DNA of 64,000 nucleotides, from assembly GCA_963756875.1 (NCBI GenBank), contig CAVWPA010000001.1:128001-192000 (forward strand), written 5' to 3'. Within the stretch, counting starts at the first letter, position 1, and each line of letters begins with the position of its first letter. Source of the DNA: an uncultured Verrucomicrobiae bacterium. GTDB taxonomy: Bacteria; Verrucomicrobiota; Verrucomicrobiia; Chthoniobacterales; UBA10450. The notes below the pieces were generated by a model, which saw only the letters and a list, made by a program, of their open reading frames with translations, was not told the DNA's origin and did no database searches. Positions 38,855 to 48,037 of the stretch are shown one piece after another. Made by a program: the position numbers and the translations under genes.

Positions 38855-39589
38855 ATGAAACCAAGTATTAGGTTAACCCAACTGTTCGCGGTAGTTTTTG
38901 CGCTCTGCACGATGACAGCGAGCGTCAGCTCGGCCAGGCAAAAGCCACCACCTGCTGGTCCAACCGGCGCGACCGGGGCGACTGGCCTAACTGGAGCCAC
39001 AGGCGCGACAGGTCCGACCGGCGCAACCGGCGTTGGTGTAGCTGGAACGACTGGCGCGACTGGGGTGATCGGCGCTACTGGCGCTACTGGCGCTACTGGC
39101 GCTACTGGCGCAACGGGAGCAATATCACAATTTGCTATGTTCTTTGGCTTAACATCTGGAACAGGAAATGCCGGACCAACAGATTACGCTGCAACCATTG
39201 CAGTTAAAAGTGCTGCTGGTACTGGACGAGTTCCTTTTCCACAGGATGGTCCAACAGCAGGAGGTATCATTCGTGTTGACGCTTCCAGCTTTATATTGCC
39301 CGACATTGGAACGTATGAAATTACTTTTAGGGTTCACACCACAGAGCCGGGTCAACTACAGCTTGAGCTTAATGGTGTTGATTTACCTGAGACTGTTGCC
39401 GTTAACGCGAATCCAACTTCGGGCGGACACCCTATTATTGGTAACTTCTTTATTACAACAACTTCTATTAATTCGGTATTGGCTGTAGTTAACCCTAGCG
39501 GTAACGCTACGGCGCTTACCATTACTCCTGCCGATGGAGCGGATACCCATGCAAACTCTCAGAGCTTAGCGATTAAAAGGATTGAATAA
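38855..39589 (+). CDS. secreted collagen-like protein 1 (signal peptide, G-A/P-T repeats, beta-rich head reminiscent of BclA C-terminus)
   Basis: [18 protein letters not shown]..., (GAT)n encoded by GGCGCTACT 9-mers; head GTYEITF...QL.L.LNG. Confidence 0.82.
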   Translation: MKPSIRLTQLFAVVFALCTMTASVSSARQKPPPAGPTGATGATGLTGATGATGPTGATGVGVAGTTGATGVIGATGATGATGATGATGAISQFAMFFGLTSGTGNAGPTDYAATIAVKSAAGTGRVPFPQDGPTAGGIIRVDASSFILPDIGTYEITFRVHTTEPGQLQLELNGVDLPETVAVNANPTSGGHPIIGNFFITTTSINSVLAVVNPSGNATALTITPADGADTHANSQSLAIKRIE

Positions 39590-39591
39590 TG

Positions 39592-39950
39592 CGTCAGTCC
39601 ACTCCTGTCCAGAAAAGTCAGGGTCGAACGCTGTAAGAATCGGCTCGCGCCTCAACTCAAAACGCCCAACTGCGAGGGAAAAGTATCAAGGTAGAGCGGG
39701 AATTTTCAAGCGAGAAGGTCTGGGTCACTCGGGTTCGGATTAGGGCCGATTGTTTTGGCTTTCCGGCGGAGGCTGAAATAAGGTCCCTGTATCCGGTAGA
39801 ATCGATATGAAACCAAGTATTAGGTTCACCCAACTGTTCGCGGTAGTTTTTGCGCTCTGCACGATGATGGCAAGCGTCAGCTTGGCCAGGCAAAAGCCTC
39901 CCCCAGTAGGCCCCACGGGTCCAACCGGCGCGACCGGCGCTACAGGCGCA
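39592..39950. repeat. duplicate of the att-like arm, promoter, signal peptide and collagen start
   Basis: Closely matches ~38642-38985. Confidence 0.88.
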
Positions 39951-40565
39951 ACTGGCCCACAAGGCTCACCGGGAACGCAAGGTTCACCCGGGCCGCAGGG
40001 CTCACCGGGGCCCCAGGGCGTAACGGGCTCTACCGGAGCAACCGGAGCAACCGGAGCAACCGGAGCAACTGGCGCAACTGGCGCAACTGGGGCAACAGGT
40101 GTTGGTGCTACAGGAGCAACGGGAGCAACGGGAATTGTCGGCGCAGCAGAATTTGTAAGAACCATTCAGGTGCCAAATGATTCTGTGCCCCCAGGTACTG
40201 CGTTCACAATCGATACAGAAGTGTTCAATAATATTCCCGCAGAAATTGTTGCTTCAGCCGGAAGTGGCGGAACTGTTTTCACACTCACAGCGGGCACATA
40301 CGTCATAGACTATGAAATGAGTTTGACGTCAGCAGGTTCTATTGGCATTTACTCCGGACCTGACAGTGGATCTTTGGCTCTAGATACAAATACTGTTTCA
40401 GGGTCTACTACCGCCACAACATGGATTCATGGACGAGCTATTATTGTAGCGGTGGATTCGCTGACTTTCGGAATTAGTTCTGTTGTTGGTACTGCTTCAA
40501 TTGGACCTGCTGGAATTGATCCCGGTTCTTACATGATCCGACTCACCATTTTGAAAATAGAGTAA
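39807..40565 (+). CDS. secreted collagen-like protein 2 (same N-terminus, different head)
   Basis: [18 protein letters not shown]..., GPQGSP and (GAT)n repeats; head GTYVIDYEM. Confidence 0.82.
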   Translation: MKPSIRFTQLFAVVFALCTMMASVSLARQKPPPVGPTGPTGATGATGATGPQGSPGTQGSPGPQGSPGPQGVTGSTGATGATGATGATGATGATGATGVGATGATGATGIVGAAEFVRTIQVPNDSVPPGTAFTIDTEVFNNIPAEIVASAGSGGTVFTLTAGTYVIDYEMSLTSAGSIGIYSGPDSGSLALDTNTVSGSTTATTWIHGRAIIVAVDSLTFGISSVVGTASIGPAGIDPGSYMIRLTILKIE

Positions 40566-40740
40566 ATTAATCGCTCCCAGTTTTCGAACTCAACGCCGGT
40601 AGTGGTGCCTCACGGCGGTACAAGAATGATGTAAGGCCACCCGTTTTGCCCCCCTGATGATTTTCCGTCAGTCCACTCCTGTCCAGACTCTGGTAGCAAA
40701 ATTGTCGCATCGCTGCTTGCCTGCCATAGATTCGGTAATC

Positions 40741-41137
40741 ATGTCCCTCTTGTACAAATACTTCGATCCATGCGGCATCAAAGTGCTGCAAACCGGAAGG
40801 CTTCGAACATTAGATCCATCGACCTTCAACGATGAACATCGGGATTTACTTCTTCTATCCGGCCTCCGCCGGTGGTCCCGGTCCGCGCTATCTTGAACGG
40901 ACGGTGCAACAAGCCGGAGACGAGAAGAAGATTGTTTTGCTCAAAACCGGGACTTATCCTGCGGAAAATGCCGGCGACCTGACTCGAAATCCGCCCGTGC
41001 TGTCGTCGGCAAACACGTTGTATTTTATTTTGTGCGACCAGCCGGAACGCGATGCGGTTTTGAAACGATTTCCGGGACGCAAAATCTTTGTTTACCAATA
41101 CCCAGGTGATCTACGCAGAACAGCCGACAGCCAATAA
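40741..41137 (+). pseudogene. chimeric remnant: DUF2971-like N-terminus joined to the tail of an unrelated gene
   Basis: MSLLYKYF...KVLQTGRLR...PSTFND stops resembling the family at ~40833; ORF 40832-41137 lacks its own N-terminus. Confidence 0.4.
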
Positions 41138-41193
41138 GTCCGGTCTAGCCGCATGAGAGAAAGCCTTAATCGCCGGATCGTACGGGAGCCCTC

Positions 41194-41883
41194 ATGAAAC
41201 TTTCTGTGGTCATTCCCTGCTTTGACGAACGAGGAACAATCGAAAAGATTGTCGCGGCGGTGCGCGCGGCGCCTCTGGAGGATCTTGAGATTATCGTCGT
41301 CGATGACGGCTCGACGGACGGGACGACCGCTTTGTTAAAGGAAAAAGTTTCTTCAATCGCGGATCGAATTATTTATCAGCCACGTAACATGGGGAAGGGC
41401 GCGGCACTGCGTGCCGGTTTTGCGGCCGCTACCGGCGACATCATCCTCGTGCAGGATGCAGATCTTGAATACAATCCGGCGGATTACCCGGTTTTGCTCG
41501 AGCCAATTTTATCGGGGAAAGCCGATGCGGTTTTCGGTTCGCGGTTTATGGGTGGACGCCCGCATCGGGTCCTTTACTTCTGGCACATGGTCGGGAACAA
41601 ATTTCTAACGCTCCTTTCGAACATGTTTACGAATCTCAACCTGACCGATCTGGAGACGTGTTACAAAGCGTTTCGCGCGGAGCTGCTGAAGAGTCTCGAT
41701 CTTCGGGAAAATCGTTTTGGATTCGAACCGGAGGTGACTGCGAAATTGGCAAAAACAAAATGCCGTATTTACGAAGTAGGCATTTCCTACAATGGTCGGA
41801 CTTATAACGAAGGAAAAAAGATCGGTTGGAAGGATGGTTTCCAGGCGATCTACGCGATCTTGCGCTACAATCTTTTTTCGTAG
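41194..41883 (+). CDS. GT2 glycosyltransferase (DPM1-like)
   Basis: [41 protein letters not shown]. Confidence 0.93.
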   Translation: MKLSVVIPCFDERGTIEKIVAAVRAAPLEDLEIIVVDDGSTDGTTALLKEKVSSIADRIIYQPRNMGKGAALRAGFAAATGDIILVQDADLEYNPADYPVLLEPILSGKADAVFGSRFMGGRPHRVLYFWHMVGNKFLTLLSNMFTNLNLTDLETCYKAFRAELLKSLDLRENRFGFEPEVTAKLAKTKCRIYEVGISYNGRTYNEGKKIGWKDGFQAIYAILRYNLFS

Positions 41884-41925
41884 AAGCCAGTTCAACCTGG
41901 CCGTTCACGTTTTGCGTTTGCGGCC

Positions 41926-43437
41926 TCACGCTGCCAGGTGCGACTCTGATACTCCGGCCATCAACCGGAGTACCGCCTCCTGAGAGGCTTCCGCGCGGGA
42001 CAGTTCCCCGACAATCTTACCCTCGCGCATCACGATGATTCGCGTGGACAGATTGAGCACCTCGGGAAGTTCGGAAGAAATGAGCATCACGGCCAGGCCA
42101 TTTTGCGCGAGGTTGTCGATCAGTGCGTGAAGTGAGGCCTTTGCGCCAACATCGACGCCGCGCGTGGGTTCGTCGACGATCAGCAGCTTGCCACCGTGGG
42201 CGAGCCATTTGGCCAGAACAATTTTTTGCTGGTTGCCGCCGCTGAGCGAGTTGACCGGCGCTTCGAGTGAAGCGGCTTTGACGTGCAAGCGCTGGAAATA
42301 CTCCGCGGCCATCTGTTTTTCTTTTGTTCGATCGAGGACGCCCAGTTTTCGCAACCGATCCAGCGACGCCAGGCTGACGTTCGCCCGGCACGGCATTCCA
42401 AGTATGCAGCCCTGCCGTTTGCGATCTTCCGGAACGAGGGCAATTCCCGCGCGCATGGCAGCCCGGATGGAACCTGGCGGAAGTACGCTTCCATCGAGCA
42501 CAACTTCGCCGGTCGCCTGCGGGTCCAGACCGAAAACGGCTTTCGCGAGTTCACTGCGCCCGGCGCCGACGAGACCGGCAAACCCGACAATCTCTCCGGC
42601 GCGGATTTCAAAGGAAACGTTATGGAAACGTCCGGGCGAACTCAGGTTTTGAACGCGTAATATTACGTTGCGGGCTTTCGCGGAAAGATATTGCGGGAAG
42701 TACTCTTCCACGGAACGACCGATCATCATGCGGACCATAGCGTCCTGCGTCATTTCCGCGCGACCGAGCGTTCCTACGTACTGGCCGTCGCGCAAAACGC
42801 TGATCCTGTCGCACAACCGGAAGAGTTCAGGCATCCGGTGCGAGATATAGATCATCGTGATTCCACGGCTCTTGAGATCTTCGATTAATTTGAACAGCGA
42901 TTGCGCCTCCGGATCGGAGAGTGAACTGGTGGGCTCGTCAAAGATCAAAATTCGCGGATTGGCGCCGACGGCGGCGGCTATTTGAACCTGCTGTTCCTGT
43001 GCGGTCGAAAGATCGCGCATGTTTTGCCGTACATTCAGATGGACGCCGATCGCGCCAAGCAATTGTTCCGCGCGACGGGTCATCTCAGTGCGGTCGAGCA
43101 GGACCCGAAGCTTTCTAGGGTATCGCCCCATACAAAGATTTTCCGCAACACTTAGGTCCGGGCAGAAGGCGAGCTCCTGATGGACCATCGCGATTCCGGC
43201 ATCCATCGCGTCGCGCGGCGAGTTAAAGAGGTGACGCAGTCCGTCGATCAGTATCTCGCCGCCGTCGGGCTTGTGAATGCCGGCGAGGATTCTTCCGAGG
43301 GTCGATTTTCCAGCGCCGTTTTCGCCTATGAGGCCATGACATTCACCCGCCTCAATCCCCAGTGTGACATTCCGTAGCGCTGTGACGCCGCCGAATACCT
43401 TGGTGATGGAGCGAAACTGGATGAACGATTTCGCCAT
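41926..43437 (-). CDS. sugar ABC transporter ATP-binding protein (RbsA-type)
   Basis: GENGAGKST, FDEPTSSL, LSGGNQQK, DEPTRGVDVGAK. Confidence 0.95.
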   Translation of the reverse strand: MAKSFIQFRSITKVFGGVTALRNVTLGIEAGECHGLIGENGAGKSTLGRILAGIHKPDGGEILIDGLRHLFNSPRDAMDAGIAMVHQELAFCPDLSVAENLCMGRYPRKLRVLLDRTEMTRRAEQLLGAIGVHLNVRQNMRDLSTAQEQQVQIAAAVGANPRILIFDEPTSSLSDPEAQSLFKLIEDLKSRGITMIYISHRMPELFRLCDRISVLRDGQYVGTLGRAEMTQDAMVRMMIGRSVEEYFPQYLSAKARNVILRVQNLSSPGRFHNVSFEIRAGEIVGFAGLVGAGRSELAKAVFGLDPQATGEVVLDGSVLPPGSIRAAMRAGIALVPEDRKRQGCILGMPCRANVSLASLDRLRKLGVLDRTKEKQMAAEYFQRLHVKAASLEAPVNSLSGGNQQKIVLAKWLAHGGKLLIVDEPTRGVDVGAKASLHALIDNLAQNGLAVMLISSELPEVLNLSTRIIVMREGKIVGELSRAEASQEAVLRLMAGVSESHLAA

Positions 43438-43440
43438 GCC

Positions 43441-44448
43441 TTATTTTTTACCGAGCCATTTCTCCCAATTTTTTCCGAACCCATCGACGTTTTCTTTCGT
43501 TACCCGGGTTAACGGATCGATGATGGTTGAACTGGGCGGGTTCTCTTTATTGACGATCTTGTCGAGTAAAACTTGGACCGATTTGGTGCCCCAACCGTAG
43601 CAATCCTGAGCGAACAGCGCTTCCACGTAGCCGCTCTTGACGTAATTCAACTCCGCCGGCAACGCGTCGGCTGCTACCACCTTGATTGAGCCGGGCGGCC
43701 ACTTGAGCGCGTCGGCGGTGAAGAGCGGCCAGCCGCCGATCATGGCCCAACCTTGAATTCCGGGATTGGCGTTCTGGGCGGTTTGCACGGCTTCGGCGCC
43801 TTTCTCCGGAGTCTCGGCGTGATAAAACACACCGGGATCGTTCAACTTCATGTTTGGAAATTTGGCGAGCTCTTCCTTGGCGCCGGCGACGCGCTTTTGT
43901 AAATTCGGGGCGCTCTGGTTGCCTCCGAGAATCGCGACGGTACCTTTCTCATTCATCGCCTTGGCCAGCTCTTCCATGATTCGCGCGCCGCAGGCGTGCG
44001 CATCGCTTCCATAAAAGGCGAAGCGTTTGCTATTGGGCGCGTCGGAATCGAAGCACATGACCGGAACACCTTTTTCAACGGCCTTGTCGATGGAAGGTGT
44101 GACAGTGTTTGCTTCCGAACAGGAAATAGCGATCCCGTCAACGCCTCGGCGGGCGAGGGCCTCGATCGCCTCGGCTTGTTTGGTGGCGTCCTCGTCGTTC
44201 GGAGTTCGAATCTCGATTTCGACATCGGCGTTGTACTTCGGGCCAAGTTCTTTGGCCGCGTCGCGCGCGCCGGATTGCGCCGCCTGGAAGACATCGTTTG
44301 TCAGGCTTTTGCCAAGAAACCCGATTACAATTTTGCGTTTGCCGCCCTCTGCGGACGTCGGCGCTTTCTTGGTGCAGGCGGTCAGAGCGATCGCAGCGCA
44401 AGCAAAGGCCGTGGCCAGTTGGTGAAACTGAACGTGATGTCTATTCAT
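43441..44448 (-). CDS. sugar ABC transporter substrate-binding lipoprotein
   Basis: LTAC lipobox, periplasmic-binding type I features (GVPVMCFDSD). Confidence 0.9.
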   Translation of the reverse strand: MNRHHVQFHQLATAFACAAIALTACTKKAPTSAEGGKRKIVIGFLGKSLTNDVFQAAQSGARDAAKELGPKYNADVEIEIRTPNDEDATKQAEAIEALARRGVDGIAISCSEANTVTPSIDKAVEKGVPVMCFDSDAPNSKRFAFYGSDAHACGARIMEELAKAMNEKGTVAILGGNQSAPNLQKRVAGAKEELAKFPNMKLNDPGVFYHAETPEKGAEAVQTAQNANPGIQGWAMIGGWPLFTADALKWPPGSIKVVAADALPAELNYVKSGYVEALFAQDCYGWGTKSVQVLLDKIVNKENPPSSTIIDPLTRVTKENVDGFGKNWEKWLGKK

Positions 44449-45551
44449 GGGATGACGGTTTCTGTTTTTGCTTCCTTTAAATGGTGACGACGGGTTCGGA
44501 GATAGCTGCTTACCCGATCAAGCGATACCGCAACGATGATCGCCAGGCCGATGATCACAAGGCGGTATTCCTGAGCGAGCCGTAGAATAATGATACCATT
44601 TTCGATCAGCGCGATCACGAGCGTGCCCAAAAGCGCGCCGAGAGCGGTGCCGCGACCACCGACCAGACTTGCGCCGCCGACCACTGCCGCAGCGATCACG
44701 GTAAGCTCGTAACCCGAGCCGGTGCTGGTGGAAGCGGTTCCGAATCTTCCCAGTGAGACCATTCCAGCTACGCCCGCCGCCAGGCCGGCCAGCGCGTACG
44801 TGCGCAGTTTGATCCAGCCCACGCGTAGTCCGCTAAAGCGTGCCGCTTCCTCGTTGCCGCCAATCGCGTACGTTTCCCGGCCGGCAACCATCATTCGCAA
44901 ATAGAACCATCCCAGCGCGACGCAGATGAGCATGATAATAAGAGGCATCGGCTCCAGACCGAACAACTCCAGTCGCATAAATCCCGTGGTAAAAGCAGGC
45001 GGCAGAGTTTTTCCAGCGGCGGGCAATGTTTTTTCCGGGGGCAAAACATTCGCCAGACCGCGGAAGATACTCATCGTGCCGAGCGTTACGATAAATGGAT
45101 GCAATGAAAGTCCTGTAACGAGTGCGCCATTAATGGCGCCACAGAGCAGGCCGATACCGAGTGGCACGAGAATCGCGACAGGCAACGTCTGCAGCGCCGG
45201 CGCATTGGCCGGCAACGCCTGCAGAGCGGAAGCCCCGCCGAGTGCGGACAACGCCATGATCGATCCAACGGAAATATCGATCCCGCCAGTGATGATCACA
45301 ATCGTCATGCCGATGGCCATGATTGCGTAGTACGACATTGGCGTGGCGATGCCGTCGATGAAGTTATCGAAATTTAAGAACGTGTTCGGTTTGCCCGGCG
45401 CGGCATCATACCAGCCGTAGATGCTCAAAATCGTTGCAAGCAGCAGGACCACGAGCGCCAGACCAATTTCCTGCGCGACAGAAAGACGCGGTCGAGAAGG
45501 AAGCTGCTCGACCGTGGCAGGCGGCGTTTCGCCAGAACGCGATTCTTTCAC
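44445..45551 (-). CDS. sugar ABC transporter permease (RbsC-type)
   Basis: GGIDISVGS, PFIVTLGT, AIGGNEEAARFSG, YELTVIAAAVVGG. Confidence 0.94.
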   Translation of the reverse strand: MKESRSGETPPATVEQLPSRPRLSVAQEIGLALVVLLLATILSIYGWYDAAPGKPNTFLNFDNFIDGIATPMSYYAIMAIGMTIVIITGGIDISVGSIMALSALGGASALQALPANAPALQTLPVAILVPLGIGLLCGAINGALVTGLSLHPFIVTLGTMSIFRGLANVLPPEKTLPAAGKTLPPAFTTGFMRLELFGLEPMPLIIMLICVALGWFYLRMMVAGRETYAIGGNEEAARFSGLRVGWIKLRTYALAGLAAGVAGMVSLGRFGTASTSTGSGYELTVIAAAVVGGASLVGGRGTALGALLGTLVIALIENGIIILRLAQEYRLVIIGLAIIVAVSLDRVSSYLRTRRHHLKEAKTETVIP

Positions 45552-47770
45552 GGCTTCACGGTTGGAGACGGCTGCGCAGTTGGAGAAGGCAGCCCGGCCA
45601 CAACGATTCCCTTTGTTTCGGTTCCGCGCCCCTCTAAAACTCCATTCTCCGTTATCAACCGGACCTCGACTGGTCGATCGGGAATTTGCATGCGGCCCTG
45701 GCGTTTTTCGACGCCCACGACAACGGATTCGCCTTCACGCCGTGCTCGATAGGTCGTTAACGCAAAATTTCCTCGCATATAATCGAAACCATCTCCGGCA
45801 TCTTCGTAAAGATTTCCTCGTGCCTGCCCACTTTGGTCAAGGCAAACAAGCAATGTAAGCGGATCGAGCGATGCCTCATTCGTGTTTTGCACCACCCGAC
45901 CGAGAGGAACGATCGCGCCGCCGTGAATCTTCACTTCCGGTTGATAGCCATCTTTTTCCCGGTCGCCATCGAGCAGCGAAACATCGCGCCAGATGCCTTT
46001 TGGAAGCTTGGGATCTGATGCCCATGGCGGGACGACAAGGAGATCGGGGCCGAAGAGAAAGGCGCTTTCTTCGGCGCGCAGCTCCGGATCTTTTGGATCG
46101 GCAAAGAAGACGGGTTGCATGATCGGTTCGCCGGTTATCGAAGCGTTGAATGCGAGCGTGTAAAGGTAGGGCAACAGCCGATAGCGCCGTTCCAAGGCGG
46201 TGCGAGCCACATTTTCGAATTTGGCACCGAACCTCCATGGCTCCTGGAATTGGCTGTCGACTGAGGCGTGCGCGCGACAGAAAGGATAAAACACACCGGT
46301 TGCGATCCATTTTCCGAAAAGGTCCGGTGTTGCATTGCCTTCGTATCCACCAATATCTGCGCCGCTGAGCGGCTGGCCGGAAAGGCTGAGATTCAGCGAC
46401 ATCGGCACTGACGTTTTCAAATATTCCATTCGCGCCATGTTATCGCCGGTCCAGGTAGCCGCGTAACGCTGACCGCCGAGATGCGTGGAACGGGTCAGCA
46501 CAAATGGCCGTTTATCGGGGCGAACTTTTAAAATTCCCTCGCGCGTGGCTGCTGTCTCCAACATTCCATAGACGTTGTGGTACATGCGGTGCGGGCCAGG
46601 CGGCAGATTCCCTCCTCCGCGATGAACGATGTCCTCAGGCATTGTCCAGTCAGGCGCGTTGAATACAGCGGGTTCGTTCATGTCGTTCCACACGCCATCG
46701 ACACCTTTTGCGATGAAATTCCTGTACAAATCTCCCCACCAATGTCGGGCATCCGGCATCGTGAAATCGGGAAAAACGCACATGCCCGGCCAGACTTCGC
46801 CTTCGTAATCCTTGCCATGCGGTTTCTGCACCCACAAACGGCGTGCGCTGCCGGAGTCGTAAACAAAGTAACCTCGCTCAGCCTTGACTCCGGGATCAAT
46901 CATCCAGACCGAGTGAAAGCCATTGTCATGCAGGTAGTCGTTCGTCGCCTTTGGATCGGGAAACCGTTTCGGATCGAAAGTAAAAATCCGGTAACCGTTC
47001 ATGTAATGGATATCGAGCCAGATGACATCGCACGGCAGATGACGTTTGCGGAATTCGCTCGCGATTTCGCGCACCTGGGCATCGGGATAGTAAGAGTAGC
47101 GACACTGATGAAATCCTAGCGCCCATCGCGGAGGAAGCGGCATTGCGCCAATCAATTCGGCGAGGCCGCGCATGACGGCTTGCGGCGAGCTGCGGTCGAT
47201 GACAATCACACGAAATGCCGGACCCTCACTTTTAAAAACGATTTCGTCGGATCCGGTTTGCAGTTCGGACTTCCACGTCGTGTCAAAGAGCACGCCGAAA
47301 GCGGTTCCATCCGGTCGAACACCGAGTACCCAGGGATGGGATTGATACAGCCGGCGGCCGTTATCTTTTTTGTAGGCGAAGTTGTCGGTGTTCCAGATCT
47401 CGATCGATTTGTCGTTGCGCAACAGCGGACCGCTTACTTCGCCGGTGCCGTACAAGCTCGCGTCCTTTGGCACTACGAGCGATGCGCTCGCTTTGCCATT
47501 CCCGGCGCTGAACTCTGGAACAAGCGTCCAGCCCCGGGGCATCGGACCTGATTCTCGCGGCGGAGCGACCAGCGCCAGCGAAGGCGTTTTAAGGGAATTG
47601 TATCCTTCTGGAACAAAGAGAACGATTCCGCGACCAATTTGTGCGGCGCGCTCGATCTTTATTCTCTGGGTTCCGGCAGAAAGAACGGGATCAGCCAGCG
47701 CAAGAACGAGCCAAGGAACCGCGAGAAAACGCGTTGTGTTCGAGAGTTGTCTGGCGTGCGAATGCTTCAT
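45548..47770 (-). CDS. GH31 alpha-glucosidase-like glycoside hydrolase with a putative signal peptide
   Basis: LYQSHPW, WLDIHYM, GVWNDMNEP, WTGDN, GADIGG, PFCRAH; start set at MKHSH. Confidence 0.92.
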   Translation of the reverse strand: MKHSHARQLSNTTRFLAVPWLVLALADPVLSAGTQRIKIERAAQIGRGIVLFVPEGYNSLKTPSLALVAPPRESGPMPRGWTLVPEFSAGNGKASASLVVPKDASLYGTGEVSGPLLRNDKSIEIWNTDNFAYKKDNGRRLYQSHPWVLGVRPDGTAFGVLFDTTWKSELQTGSDEIVFKSEGPAFRVIVIDRSSPQAVMRGLAELIGAMPLPPRWALGFHQCRYSYYPDAQVREIASEFRKRHLPCDVIWLDIHYMNGYRIFTFDPKRFPDPKATNDYLHDNGFHSVWMIDPGVKAERGYFVYDSGSARRLWVQKPHGKDYEGEVWPGMCVFPDFTMPDARHWWGDLYRNFIAKGVDGVWNDMNEPAVFNAPDWTMPEDIVHRGGGNLPPGPHRMYHNVYGMLETAATREGILKVRPDKRPFVLTRSTHLGGQRYAATWTGDNMARMEYLKTSVPMSLNLSLSGQPLSGADIGGYEGNATPDLFGKWIATGVFYPFCRAHASVDSQFQEPWRFGAKFENVARTALERRYRLLPYLYTLAFNASITGEPIMQPVFFADPKDPELRAEESAFLFGPDLLVVPPWASDPKLPKGIWRDVSLLDGDREKDGYQPEVKIHGGAIVPLGRVVQNTNEASLDPLTLLVCLDQSGQARGNLYEDAGDGFDYMRGNFALTTYRARREGESVVVGVEKRQGRMQIPDRPVEVRLITENGVLEGRGTETKGIVVAGLPSPTAQPSPTVKP

Positions 47771-48037
47771 TGATTGCGACACCCGCGAGCGGCGACCATT
47801 GTTATCACTATGATCGGCTGCGACCAAGCGAGGCAAGCCCGCTTCCGCGCAAGGAATCCTTCATTGCGCCCGCAATCGAGCCGCGATCGTGCCCAAGGCG
47901 CTTTAGAGATGACCGCGTTTCGCCCTCTTCACCAGAATGAATGGAAGCCTGGAGAGCAGCTAAAAAACGGGTGATAATCTCGACACAGGAGACTCAGGTC
48001 GAGCTGTTATTCAGCTCTTTGTTCATGGCGTGATAGC

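Noticed and set aside
30453..40687. CRISPR array
   Set aside because: The repeats are separated by gene-sized, irregular intervals rather than 30-40 bp spacers, and no cas genes are present.
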